Source: Trichinella spiralis
Taxonomy: Eukaryota
Assembly: GCF_000181795.1 (NCBI RefSeq)
Contig: NW_003526946.1
Coordinates: 423,668 to 487,667 of the forward strand
Direction of reading: 5' to 3'
Length of the DNA stretch: 64,000 nucleotides
Shown in pieces: positions 29,082 through 42,817 of the stretch (position 1 is the stretch's first letter; every line of letters starts with the position of its first letter). The position numbers and the translations under genes were made by a program. A model generated the notes under the pieces. That model saw nothing but the letters and a program-made list of their open reading frames with translations, did no database searches and was not told where the DNA came from.

Positions 29082-29200
29082 ATTTAAATAAACATTTAAT
29101 CTTTCAGATAATTCCTGTAGCAATGCGATTAATATAAAATAAATAAATAACAGTTAACATTATGATGCATAAACATGAAGGCATGTTACTATATATAAAT
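29082..29200 (+). promoter_or_regulatory. Conserved DNase II-family proximal promoter (example: G5)
   Basis: ATTTAAATAAACA at about -180, GCATAAACA at about -100 and TATATAAA at about -80 from the ATG. The -180 motif recurs upstream of nearly all copies. Confidence 0.55.
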
Positions 29201-29269
29201 GAACAACACAAATAAAAGCAAACGCAGCAAAGAAGGAAATTACAATAATATTCAGATTTTATTAAAACA

Positions 29270-30858
29270 ATGTTCATCTCAATAATTGTAATTTTGATTT
29301 CGTTGAAAACTTGTATTGCACAGGTTGCAACATGCAAAGACGACAATAACGGCAATGTAGATTGGTAAGCCTATTGAACCACTGTCTGATAAAATTCTGA
29401 TTTCTATCAAAGCAGTCTATGCAAAATAAATCATCAGTTAAAAAAAGTTATGCATTGGAAGCAAAATTGGTAGATTAATAATTTATCTGATTAGTACTAT
29501 TTGAAAAAATATAAAATTATAGAAAAAAAAGCTATCCGCATTCATAGAATTTTGAATTAAAATTTTTTGTCATCGCAGTGCTTATCTGCTATACAATAGT
29601 TGCACTTTAGGTACTTTGTATATAAGCCTCCAAATGTGTTAAGTTCGAAACTTTTGAAATCAGCAGGAAATCCAGCTTGGGCGCCTTCTAGGCAAAATAT
29701 TAATCAAAACGCAGGCCATTCAGTAGTCCTGACGATGTCAAGTTTTGTACAGTTCCAGGCACAAGTTAATGTTCTTGCATATAGTGACGATCCACCAAAC
29801 TTGCCTCCTAGAAATGAAAAAAGCAAATCGAAAGGCAATTTTAGATCTGATAAATAACTAAAAAGATTAATTAAATTTATGTACTGCTTTTAGGAGTTCT
29901 TTTAGTGCGCAGTGGAGCGGATGAAGCTGCGTGGTTTGTACACACAGTTCCTAATTTCCTGGCATATCTTAATGCTTATTCTTGGCCAGCAGCGGAAACG
30001 GCAAAAGGGCATATGTTTTTGTGTATTTCATTTAGTAGTGCTCTTTTGAATTCTGTTGGTATGAAAATACATTTTATCATTTCCATAAAATATTATATTA
30101 CAATTTTGTGATTGTAATTTTGAATACCTATCAACTACTCAAATTCTTTTTACGCATTTGCATTTAATTAATCAGAAATTTTCAATTTTAAGGTAAAGCA
30201 ATTCGATACCAAGAACCATACGTGTATGTAAATAATTTGCCTGCTGCAATTTTGAATCAAAATATGGAACTGTCTAATTTGATAAACGGTATTGACGTTC
30301 GAGTAACATCTTTTCTGGCACATGAAAGATTTGCAACAAAATCTGCACAAGCTGTGGCAAATATTCAAGCTTTTGGAAAACATTCAAAATCATTTGCAGG
30401 TTATTACTTTTCTATTTAAACATCAAATATCTCCATATGAAATTCAATTATTTAGATATGTATGCAAGGATTTTGAGAAACAGATTTGCCGCAAGCATCA
30501 TGGTATGGTCACCTGCTGATGCAAGATCGAAATCAATTTGTCGTGGACAACATAAACTTCAAAAAATTACTTCAATACAACTTGATGGTGTTCCAGTGAG
30601 CCGTGGGGATGATAGCGCAAAGTGGGCACTAATTGACGGAAAGAACACTGTTTGTTTCACAACAAATGATTATACAGTAAATTTTTGATATAAAATCATT
30701 TTATAATATATTCTTGAAATATTTCCACAATTTATATCTTCCCATTATTTTAGGCTACTGAAAAACGGACTCCCGGAGCAGCTGTTTGTTTAGAAAATGC
30801 TGGTGTTTATAACGCTTTCCGTACAGCAGCACTTAATGTTGAAGCATGCAATAATTGA
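29270..30858 (+). CDS. DNase II family secreted protein, copy G5 (338 aa)
   Basis: Exons 29270-29364, 29611-29834, 29894-30058, 30193-30399, 30456-30676 and 30754-30858 sum to 1017 nt. SKSKG and RGDDSAKW. Intron 2 has a GC donor. Confidence 0.85.
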
Positions 30859-32181
30859 TTCTCAATGATTCTAACTTTTATTCTCTTTTGTGGTTTGTGA
30901 AAATTATCTAGCATTTTAATTTTCTTTCATTTTTATTTTTTGAAAATATGAATTTTATTTTAAATTATAATGGCTTTTTAAATGTTTGGGATTTTTAAAT
31001 TTTTGTCAACTTTTGAAAATAAATCATCTATTTTATATTCGCAAGTTTTTAAATGAACTGTTACTACCAAAAGAGTTTGGCGTTTTTTACTATCTCATCT
31101 GCTTGAAGCTGCAATACAAATTGAAATTTATATATTTCAGGTAAATTATTGCTGCTTTTTTTATTATGAATTTATTTTGCATCTGTGAAATAATTATAAA
31201 TACTGCCTATTTTCATCTTAATTTTGGTTTAGGCATTCAGTATTTGTTTGAAGTAGTAAATAATTCACTAAGAAATTGCAGAAATATCCCCCTACTGTTC
31301 AGATTTAATAATGAAATTTTACTAGCATCATTTTGAAGGATATGCTTTATTTGCAATGTATTCTGCCAAAACAGTGCCGTGTTACGAGACTGGCATAATA
31401 ATGTTCATCCTGAACAACTTTGTATGTTAAGCTTTACTTACATAATACGCTTCACTGTTTTAATAACAATTATTATTTTATCAGTTTGTTCAAAAAATAA
31501 TCTATTCTTTTATGTCTATTTATTTATGAAAAGTAATCTATTCATATGTGGCATGTCTTGTAATAATGAAAAATGAAGTGCAACGCATGCAGAAGTCAAA
31601 ACTTTGTTGTGATATCATATTTAGGGGATTTATGTTTTACTGATTAATAATAATTTTTAACATTTATATAAACATGGTCATGTCAAGAATTGTAGAGGTT
31701 ATACAGTTAGCATCATGTAATCACCAATGTAACTAAATAGATACACATGAAGAACAGAACAAATTGTTAATTTGTTATTCATTATTTTGATTTTTTGAAT
31801 TTTATTAGTTGCAGTGCTCACGCTTTATTTGATTTTCAGTTGCTAATAACCAATAAATATTTTAAATCCAAAATTTAATATGCAATATTATAAAAATAAT
31901 ATAGTATAAAAATTAACTTTTAATAAATATGAAGGTTTTATCCATTTTCAAAACGAGAGGTAAAAATGATAAAGAAAATGTTGATACGCAAGACAATATT
32001 TTATTTACTTTTAATAAGATTATTGCACTTCATCTTTTAGTTTTGCTTTCAAAAAATAGCTTGAATAAAATTAGAAGCAAACTAATCGTTAATATGGTCC
32101 TTGCAATTTTATTAAGTTTGTTTTAGGTAAAATATTTCAAAAAGTGAAATAAATTTCAAAATGCATTTTGAATAAGCTTAC

Positions 32182-32279
32182 CAATCTACAGCTGCATTAT
32201 TATCATCTTTGCAAGTTGCTACCTGTGCAGTGCAACTTTTGAACAAAACCAAGATGACGATTGTTTCTGTGAGCCTCAT
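32182..32279 (-). pseudogene. Orphan DNase II first exon
   Basis: MRLTETIVILVLFKSCTAQVATCKDDNNAAVDW with intact GTAAG donor; no exons 2-6 adjacent. Confidence 0.8.
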
Positions 32280-33949
32280 TGCAATGAACTTTGAACAATG
32301 GGTATTTTGGTAATTTTTTATATATTTTCTTTTATTTATGTTGTTCATTTCTGTACAAGAATATAATTTTATGCCTATGCGTGACGTTGGCGCCTATTTA
32401 TTTACTTCTATTAACTGCAATGCTTGAACAGTTAAACAATTGTTGTTGTTTACTTAATAATAAATGATGAACTGATTAGTTAATTGAATGCTTTATTACT
32501 TAGCAATATTTGGCTACATTTACGCAATTAACGGATGGTTTTACAAAGTATCCGCATAGTTGTGTATTACTATTTATGCAATCATTTCCTTGATTATTGC
32601 TATTATGATCGTTAAATTAAATAACACTTATAAAAATTTGTGAACTAAATAATTGAAAGTAACAGATAAAAAAGATATTTCTTGTTACATCATAAAAAAT
32701 ACATGCTTTTTATAATGAAGTTGAGAAAAATGCTGCAAAATAATATGCCTTCAAGTAAGGGCATACAGTTCATGGCTTTATGTTTCCTTTTATGTTTTTA
32801 GGAGACATGTAATTTTGAAATACAGTTCATTTTTTAAATGAGTTAAAACGTCTTTAATTTTATTCTGCTGCATGTTTTTCTAACTGAATTTGTAATTTGA
32901 ATAATAACAATACCGCTTCATTATCTGAGATTCATAATTTCAAGTTTTCTAAGTGTGTTATTTTATTAAATCTAAGCATAAAAAGAAAGATTCTGCGTTG
33001 TGAAATGAAAAAAATTGGAATTTTATAGAAAATAAATTTATTTTTAATAATTTCATTGTTACATATTGATAAGTTTTTAATATAATTTTAACGCAGCTAT
33101 TAAGTTAAAGATTAAGGAATTAATTCAATAATAATGCAATTGTATTAAAGTAAACTGCTATCACTTTTTAAGTTTTTATTTCAAATTAGACTACTTTTTT
33201 ATAAGAAAGCAATATTCAAAGTTTCAGATTAAGCTCAGCACAAAATAGTGCATGAATTTAACATATCTTAAATCAAAAAAAAATTTTTTTATAGAAAACA
33301 CTTTTAAAATGCTATTATTTTCCCACTGTTAAAAAAATGTACAATTGCAGTCATTTTACAAAATTCACAATTGAAACAAGATTTCCAAACCAAAAAATCA
33401 TATCATTAATTTATCATACTATGTAGTAACATTAGTTTATAAATTACTACATAAATTTAAATAAACACTGCAAAAGAGTAATAAATTGAAATTGTAACCC
33501 TTTTGTAGCAGCGTTGTGAATTCACAGCATCAACTTTTGAATGGCAGTTACAAATAAATGCGCATCGTTACAGGCCGAGTTTTTATTCCTTGAAGAGCAT
33601 AAATTTTTTAATTGTTGGAATGAACATAACGCTTGGTCACCAGTGGAGATCGTGCAACAATGATTCCAAATTATATGAAGCTTCACTTTGCCTGCATTCA
33701 AATTGCTTTTATAGCAGTTAGAAGCCGCGTTAAAGTTCGCACAATTTTAGGACATCTAGAAGTAGTGCTCCACTAGATTGCAAAATTTTTAGCAAATTCA
33801 GTCAAATGGACTTTTCAGCAGCTGCACAAAGAATAAAGCTATTTTACTATTCAGAATTTACATTTTCCAACATAAAAAATGACATAGAATCAAAATGATA
33901 AATAATTTCCATGTAATATATAAAATGCAACATAAAAAGCTACAACGAA

Positions 33950-35521
33950 TTATTCATTGCATTTTTTTAAATTAACCGCAGCTGCACTAAAAGCGTTATA
34001 AACGCCAGCATTCTCTAAACATACAGCTGCACCTGGAATCTTCTTTTCACCAACCTAAATGAAAGAATTCCAAATGTAACACTGAAAAATTATGAATATA
34101 TTTCATTCCAACAGCTTACTGTATAATCATTTGTTGTCAAACAAACAGTGTTTTTTTGTTCAACTAATGCCCACTTGGCGCTATCAGCTTCACGGCTTAC
34201 TAGACTACCAGCAAGCTGCATTGGAGAAGCAATTTTTCGTAGTTGATATTGTCCTTTACAAATTGATTTCGATCTTGTATCTGAAGGTGCCCATATTCTG
34301 ATGTTGGCAGCAAGTTTATTTTTCAAAACTTTTGCATACATATCTAATTATATTTTTTACTTTTATTTCTTTTAATAATTCAGTAAAAACAAAATTACCT
34401 GAATGTGATTTTGTGTGTTTTCCGAAAGCTTGTATATTTGCAGCTGCTCCAGCTGCCGCCTTCGTTGCAAATTTTGCATGTTCCAAAAAAGGTGTTACTC
34501 GAATCTGAGCTCCCGTTATTAAATTAGATAGTTCTACATGTTGATTCAGAAGTTCAGGTGATAAATTATTCGCGTATATGAATGGTTCCTGGTATCGAAT
34601 AGCTTTAGCTAAAAATTTTCTATAAATTAGCTGATGATACATTATATGAATTCAAAACTCCTGATTATAAATGAGCACTAAGACTTATAATTGTGAACTT
34701 GGAAGTAATATTTTATAAATACATTACGTTGAAAAGAAAAGTTCTGCTTTCATACCGACTAAATTTAAATGAGCTTCATTGAGCGACAAACACAAAAACA
34801 TGTGTCCCTTTGGTGTTTCTGCTGCTGGCCACGAGTAACCACCAAGGTGTGCTAAAAACTTAGGTACAGTATGCACAAACCATGCTGCTGCGTCATTTGC
34901 TCTATTATCAACTAAAAGTACTCCTAAAAACAAAATATGCGTTTATTTTGTTTGGATATTGCTTTAATGCACAAGTTTAAAATAACCTTTAGCTTTGCTT
35001 TTTTCATTTCTAGGTGGTAAGTTTGGTGGATCATCACTATATGCAAGAACTTTGATGTCTCCGTTGTTAGCTATAAAGTGTGCCAGCGTCCTAGCAATTG
35101 AATGCTCTCTGTCATGATTGACATTTTGTGCAGATTGAGCCCAAACTGGATTTACTGCTGATTTTATAATGTTGCTGCTTACTACATTTGGAGGCTTGTA
35201 TACCAAAAACCTCAAAATACAGTCGTTTTGTAACAAAGAAGCATTACAACAACAAATTATAATGTATTTACAATGTGCCTTCTGTAATTTTTTATTTTTC
35301 AATCATAATAATGAATTAAAAATTTGTAAGTAATTAAACTGATGAAGCTTTGTAATTTAAGCGTTTGCTTTGTAGAAAAGTTTTAAATGTAAAACGTTTA
35401 TAACAGACAATTTTTAATTAACTTACCAATCTACATTATTGTCACCATCGTCCTTGCAAGTCGCAACTTGTGCATTGCAGCAATTCAGTGAAATCAAGAT
35501 TAGAATTATTGGTATGAACAT
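33950..35521 (-). CDS. DNase II family secreted protein, copy G6
   Basis: MFIPIILILISLNCCNAQ signal; SKAKG, ADSAKW; close paralog of G4 including flanks. Confidence 0.9.
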
Positions 35522-36678
35522 TATTTCAATGCACTTTGAGTATTTTAATAATGTGCATTCACTAATGTTGCTGATTTATATTTATAGGACTACATCTTTA
35601 TGTTAATACTTGACAGTGTCCACATCTATTAATTATTATTAGTATTAAGAATTAATTTTGCATTAATTTAGTGCGGAAGAAATTCTCTGACACAGTAAAT
35701 GTTTATTTAAATAAGGGTAATAAATTAAGTAGTTAATTGACAGCTTACTTATTTAATGGTGTAAATACTTCTATTATGTGCAATTAATGTATATATCTTC
35801 CTTATCTAATATACTTGTAATCACGTATATTTGAATTTCAATTAAAGATGCTCATTAAAAATTCAAGGACTAAGTAATTGAAAATGAAGTATATGGAGAT
35901 CTATTATTTATGTTTAACAAAACTAATGAACATGCCTGCTAAATTCTATTTCTTTATAATTAATCGGCATTCCGTTTTATTTCGAACTTCACTTTTTCAA
36001 CAAACCTATTTCCACAACAAACCTGTCATTTCTTTAAGTTTATTTAAACTTTTTATTTTAATTTGCATTTAATTTTGTTTCATGTTTTCAGATATTTCAG
36101 GACCACAATCTTTGCTTGCTTGCGCAACATTTGAATTAACCTCTTAAAAAATTAAGCTGAATTGAACAGCTAAAACAGACGTCCATGTTTGATGGTTATA
36201 TTGATACACATCTTGCACTTCAACACATGTTCTGGGCCAGTTGCCAGAACGTTATTTCTTACATAAAGAGCTTGTTGTTTTGATTTTAGAATTGCATCTT
36301 CATTTGTGTTTCATATTTATTGAGAAGTATATATCTTTTAATATAAAATTCAGCAAAACACGAATTTATCATATTAATTTTGTAATTTGATTTTATAATG
36401 TAAAATCAAATTTGAATTACATAACCTCAAATTTTATAATTTAAGTAACGGCAAAGAATGCGACGCATGATATTCATTTCATATCACTTAAAATAAGATG
36501 CTACAATAAACAAAATACTGTTACATCATACCATCATTTATTTTTTCATAGATACATAATAGATTTTAAATGATTTGTTGATGTGCAATCAACTTATATG
36601 ACTTAAATAAAAAACTGATATCATGAATGATAATTTAATATTTTAGGAAAGATGACGCTGATATATAAAAAACAAAAA

Positions 36679-38298
36679 TTATTTATTGCATGCTTCAACA
36701 TTAAGTGCTGCTGTACGGAAAGCGTTATAAACACCAGCATTTTCTAAACAAACAGCCGCTCCGGGAGTCCGTTTTTCAGTAGCCTAAAATAATGTTAAGA
36801 TATAAATTGTGGAAATATTTCAAGAATATATTATAAAATGATTTTATATCAAAAATTTACTGTATAATCATTTGTTGTGAAACAAACAGTGTTCTTTCCG
36901 TCAATTAGTGCCCACTTTGCGCTATCATCCCCACGGCTCACTGGAACACCATCAAGTTGTATTGAAGTAATTTTTTGAAGTTTATGTTGTCCACGACAAA
37001 TTGATTTCGATCTTGCATCAGCAGGTGACCATACCATGATGCTTGCGGCAAATCTGTTTCTCAAAATCCTTGCATACATATCTAAATAATTGAATATCAT
37101 ATAGAGATATTTGATGTTTAAATAGAAAAGTAATAACCTGCAAATGATTTTGAATGTTTTCCAAAAGCTTGAATATTTGCCACAGCTTGTGCAGATTTTG
37201 TTGCAAATCTTTCATGTGCCAGAAAAGATGTTACTCGAACGTCAATACCGTTTATCAAATTAGACAGTTCCATATTTTGATTCAAAATTGCAGCAGGCAA
37301 ATTATTTACATACACGTATGGTTCTTGGTATCGAATTGCTTTACCTTAAAATTGAAAATTTCTGATTAATTAAATTCAAATGCATAAATGTAATTCGAGC
37401 ATTTGATGGGCATTAAAAATTGCAGTTACAAAGCTGTAATATAATATTTTATGGAAATGAAAAAACTTATTTTCGTACCAACAGAATTCAAATGAGCTTT
37501 GTTAAACGATACACACAAAAACATATGCCCTTTCGCCGTTTCCGCTGCTGGCCAAGAATAAGCATTAAGATATGCCAGGAAATTAGGAACTGTGTGTACA
37601 AACCACGCAGCGTCATCCGCTGCATTGTTCACTAAAAGGACTCCTGAAAGCAGTACATAAATTTAATTTATCTTTTTAGTTATTTATCAAATCTAAAATC
37701 ACAGTGACCTTTAGTTTTGCTTTTTTCATTTCTCGGAGGCAAGTTTGGTGGATCATCACTATATGCAAGAACATTAATCTGTGCATGGTACTGTACAAAA
37801 CTTGCCATTGTTCTAATTATTGAATGATCTCTGTTCTGATCAATGTTTGTCCTAGAATCAGCCCAAGCTGGATTTCCTCCTGATTTCAAAAGCTTGGAGC
37901 TTAACACATTTGGAGGCTTATATACAAAATACCTAAAATGTAACTATTCTATAGCAGACAAGCATTGCGATGACGAAAAATTTTAATTCAAGATTTTATG
38001 AATGCGGATAACTTTTTTTTCTATAATTTTAAATTTTTCAGATAGTACTAATCACTTGAATTCTTAAATAGATAAAATCTTAAATTTTTAGTCTATCTGT
38101 TTTGTTTTCAGTGCATAGAATTTTTTAGCTGATGATTCATTTTGCATAAACTGCTTTGATAGAAATATGAATTTATCAGACATTACTTCAATAGGCTTAC
38201 CAATCTACATTGGCATTATCATCATCTTTACATGTTGCGACCTGTGCAATACAGATTTTCATTGAAATGAAGATAACAATTATTGATGTGAACATCAT
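36679..38298 (-). CDS. DNase II family secreted protein, copy G7
   Basis: MMFTSIIVIFISMKICIAQ signal; SKTKG, RGDDSAKW; inverted near-copy of G5. Confidence 0.9.
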
Positions 38299-39157
38299 TT
38301 TAATAAAATTTGAATATTATTGTAATTTCCTTCTTTGCTGTGCTTGCTTTCATTTGTGCTATTCATATATATAAGAACATGTCATTATGTTTGTGTTTAA
38401 TAATGTACATAGCTATTTATTTATTTAATATAAATTACATTTCTGCATCTATTATCTGAAGCATCAAATGTTTATTTAAATTAGGCTTAATGAGTTGAGC
38501 GATTAGTTTTGTGCTACTTACTTTCTTATTTAGTTATATTGGTGATTCCATGATGTGCTGCTGCATAACCTGTACTGATACTGGCAAAACATTGTTTATA
38601 TGTTTATTTTAATTAAAAGTATCCTATTACAAATTCTATAATAAAATCACTGACGTTGAAATATGTGATTGATACTTTCTATAATTTTTCTTATTTTGGA
38701 ATTTTTGAATTTACGTAAAATCAATATCATTGTTTTTTATCAACACCAACCACAGTGCTTTGCATATATTTTTTCAAATGCTGTAAAACATATAATTGCT
38801 TATCAGGTGTGATTAGAAATTAACAGTTGTAATGAAATAACAATTATGTCATTATTAACAAATACTTTTAGTTTTGCATTTCAATAATTCAATAATTTTT
38901 TGATGTTCATGCTTATTTTAGCTGTTCGGTTTAAAATACAAATTTTCTGTAACAGAGAAGCATAATGCTGATTAGAATGACATTGTTTTGAAATTTATTA
39001 ATTTGAATAATGATGTTTTTCTAATTTCTTATAACTGACTTTTTAAATATATAATTTGATCTCTAATAATTTCATATTCATAAATTATGCGTTTATTTTG
39101 TATAAAACGCTTTGATAGTAATTTAAAACCAAACAAGCAATTGTTTTATGAGCTTAC

Positions 39158-39255
39158 CAATCTACATCTCTGTCTCCATCGTCTTTGCATGTTGCGACCT
39201 GTGCCATACAAGTTTTCAACGAAATCAAGATAAGAATTGCAGTTGTGAACGACAT
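39158..39255 (-). other. Orphan or alternative DNase II first exon upstream of G7
   Basis: MSFTTAILILISLKTCMAQVATCKDDGDRDVDW with intact ATG, GTAAG donor and family upstream motif. Confidence 0.8.
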
Positions 39256-40339
39256 TTGAATAACTTTCTATGTTTCATTAACAATTCCCTCTCACATATC
39301 TTTGTTAATTTCACTTGTCTTTTATATGTAAGATCATATCTTATATTTGTGCTTGATAATGTTTATATCTATCTGTTTATTTTATATTAGTTACACTGCT
39401 TTAACAATTAAGCAAACCAGGAAATGTTTATTTGAAGTAAGCCATGAAATTGAACTGCTAATTTAGTGGGCACTTATATGATGGAATTAACACTTGCTGT
39501 AGTTATAATTGATCTATCTAAATAACGTTGTGCCAGTATCGGCGTAAGCAGTTGTATACAAATTTCAATTAAAATGCACTGATTTGAAATTACATGACAA
39601 TATAAGTTGTAAAAGTTATGTTGTAGTTGGAAATGTAGTATATGAAAAATGTTTTTTCATAGCTTTTCTTGCTTCAGAAGAAATTTTATGCTTCAAATCA
39701 ACGCTCTGCCTTTTTAATATGAATAACAACCATGTCTATTAAATTTAACTTTATTTTACTAGAGGTACATTTCATATTGAATTTGTTAACTGATTTTTAA
39801 ACAAATGTAAATTAAGCATTTATCATATATTAAGTACTTTATGATTATTACACAAAACGTTGTTATTCATTCGAATTAAATATGGAACAAATTACACTGC
39901 ACTGCACAATAAATACCGCAATTTTGATTTTACGGTAAAAATTATATTTTACAGTCTTAAATAAAAACCATTTTTAGAATGCAGAATTATTTACTTCACT
40001 GATGTTGAATGCTTTTCAGCGTACATTTAATTTTTATTTCAAAATTAACTTGAACATTAATTTAACCTATAATGAACTTCTTTTTAAACAATTACATTAA
40101 AAATGAGTATAAATATGAATGACCTAAGAATTTATTTTAATTACAGTTACGCACGCACCATACAATTCACCATAGCTCATAAAAATGAGTTAGAAAATAT
40201 GTAAGGAGAGTATGAATAAAATGTGGAACAGAAGTTGAATACTATATTGAAAGTTCATCAAAGTCAAAAGGACAGAATGCAAATCCCTGAATCATCTAAT
40301 TCAATTAAGTCATAAGAACGTTAATTGAGTTTTAAAGAA

Positions 40340-41950
40340 TTATTTATTGCAAGGTTCAACATTAAAAGCAGCTGCAGTAAAAGCAGTATAAACACCAGCA
40401 TTCTCCAGGCAAACACCTGCACCTGGTATCCGTTTTTCATTCATCTGGAAAAAAGCAAATTATGGAGTACACATATAAAGCAAAATTATAAATTTCCTTA
40501 ACTTCATCAACTTACTTTATAATCATTAGTCGTAAAGCAAACAATGTTCTTTCCCTCTACTAATGCCCACTTGGCGCTATCAGCTTCACGGCTTACTAGA
40601 CTACCAGCCAACTGCATTGGAGAAGCAATTTTTCGTAGTTGATATTGTCCTTTACAAATTGATTTCGATCTTGTATCTGAAGGTGCCCATATTCTGATGT
40701 TGGCAGCAAGTTTATTTTTCAAAACTCTTGCATACATATCTAATTATATTTTTTACTTTTATTTCTTTTAATAATTCAGTAAAAACAAAATTACCTGAAT
40801 GTGATTTTGTGTGTTTTCCGAAAGCTTGTATATTTGCAGCTGCTCCAGCTGCCGCCTTCGTTGCAAATTTTGCATGTTCCAAAAAAGGTGTTACTCGAAT
40901 CTGAGCTCCCGTTATTAAATTAGATAGTTCTACATGTTGATTCAGAAGTTCAGGTGATAAATTATTCGCGTATATGAATGGTTCCTGGTATCGAATAGCT
41001 TTAGCTAAAAATTTTCTATAAATTAGCTGATGATACATTATATGAATTCAAAACTCCTGATTATAAATGAGCACTAAGACTTATAATTGTGAACTTGGAA
41101 GTAATATTTTATAAATACATTACGTTGAAAAGAAAAGTTCTGCTTTCATACCGACTAAATTTAAATGAGCTTCATTGAGCGACAAACACAAAAACATGTG
41201 TCCCTTTGGTGTTTCTGCTGCTGGCCAAGAATAAGGACCAAGATGTGCCAAAAACTTAGGCACAGTGTGCACAAACCACGCTGCTGCGTCATTTCTTGTA
41301 TGGTCAATTAAAAGTACTCCTAAAAACAAAATATGCGTTTATTTTGCTTGGGTATTGTTTTCATAAACTCTGCAGAATTTATTAAAATTCAGAATAACCT
41401 TTAGCCTTGCTTTTTTCATTCATTGGGGGCAAGTTTGGTGGATCATCATTGTATGCAAGAACTTTGATGTTTCCGTTGTTAACTATAAAACTAGCCATTG
41501 TTGCTGTTATTGAATGGCCTGCTCCTTGATTAATCGTGGCTCCAGAATTACCCCAAGTTGGATTTCTTTCTGATTTTATAATTTTTGTGTTTAGCAGAAT
41601 CGGTGGTTTGTATACAAGAAACCTTGAAATATAAGCATTATGTAAGAAAGAAAAACTGTGCAAGTTGTAAAAATATTATTTGAAAACTTTAATAATTTAA
41701 ATATTGATATTTTTCAAATTTCTCACAGCGGAACTTCTTTATTATACAATTAAATTGCTAATTATTTCATTTTAATCATTTAACCATTTGTTCTGCATGT
41801 AATGTTCTAATAATAATAAGAAATTCAGCAGTCAAAAGTTTTGTGAACTTACCAGTCTAAATCTCTATTTCCATCGTCTTTGCATATGGCAACCTGTGCC
41901 ACAGAATTTTTCAATGAAATCATGATAACAATTACTGTTGTGAACAACAT
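40340..41950 (-). CDS. DNase II family secreted protein, copy G8 (mosaic)
   Basis: MLFTTVIVIMISLKNSVAQ signal; SKAKG, ADSAKW; ends resemble G11, middle resembles G6. Confidence 0.9.
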
Positions 41951-42631
41951 TTTCACATACTTTGGATATTTCAGTAATTTTGCTTCTTACATATTTTCTT
42001 TCATATATGCTGCTCTTTTATATTTATGAATATAACGTTGTGCGTGCATGAAAATGTTTATTGTTATCTGTTTATTTTATATTAGCTACAGTGCTGTGAA
42101 AATGAAGTAAAACTGGAAATGTTTATTTAAATAATGCATAATGATTTAACTGTTAATATATTGCATACTTGTTTAATGGAATATTAACCGTTTAGTGCTT
42201 AATGGCATAAATATTAAAAGGTAGTAAATGCAAGTGATGTATCTACCTAGCATTATGTCAGTATTTACTTAGGCATGTGTGTATTGAAATTTTAAGTAAA
42301 AGAAAATTATTTCTAAGACTAAAACAATATAGTTAAAAATGAATTATGTGAATAACGTTTTTTGATAACCTTTTGCACTTCTGAATGCTTTTTAAGATAA
42401 GATGACTGCTCCGGTTTTGTTAACATGAATAATAACGATGCTTATTCAGTTCAGCATTTCCATATTTAAATGGCATGCAATTTTACATCACAATTTTCGA
42501 CTCATCCTTAACATAATTTTATTTAAAGTTTAATAATCTACTTTTTATTGTTTATTGTTCATTTTCAGTTTAATCAGATATTTCATAACATAAACTGATG
42601 CTCAATTTCAAGTATTTCCATTGCTCTACAC

Positions 42632-42817
42632 CAGCGTTTCTCAACAACTTTATCCTCGCGGAAACCTAAATGTAATTTTTTTTTCTTGAAGAACTCCTGC
42701 ATAATTTTTCAAATGTTCTTTTTCTTTTCAACACTTTTTTTCACACAATTTTTAATTGTGACAATATTTTGCAGAACACCTGGACACCGCTCGCGGAACC
42801 TCTTTTGAGAAACGCTG
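42632..42817. mobile_element. 186-bp hAT (Buster-type) MITE
   Basis: Perfect 13-bp TIRs CAGCGTTTCTCAA/TTGAGAAACGCTG; 8-bp TSD CTCTACAC/CTCTGCAC; absent from the paralogous site near 53437. Confidence 0.9.
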
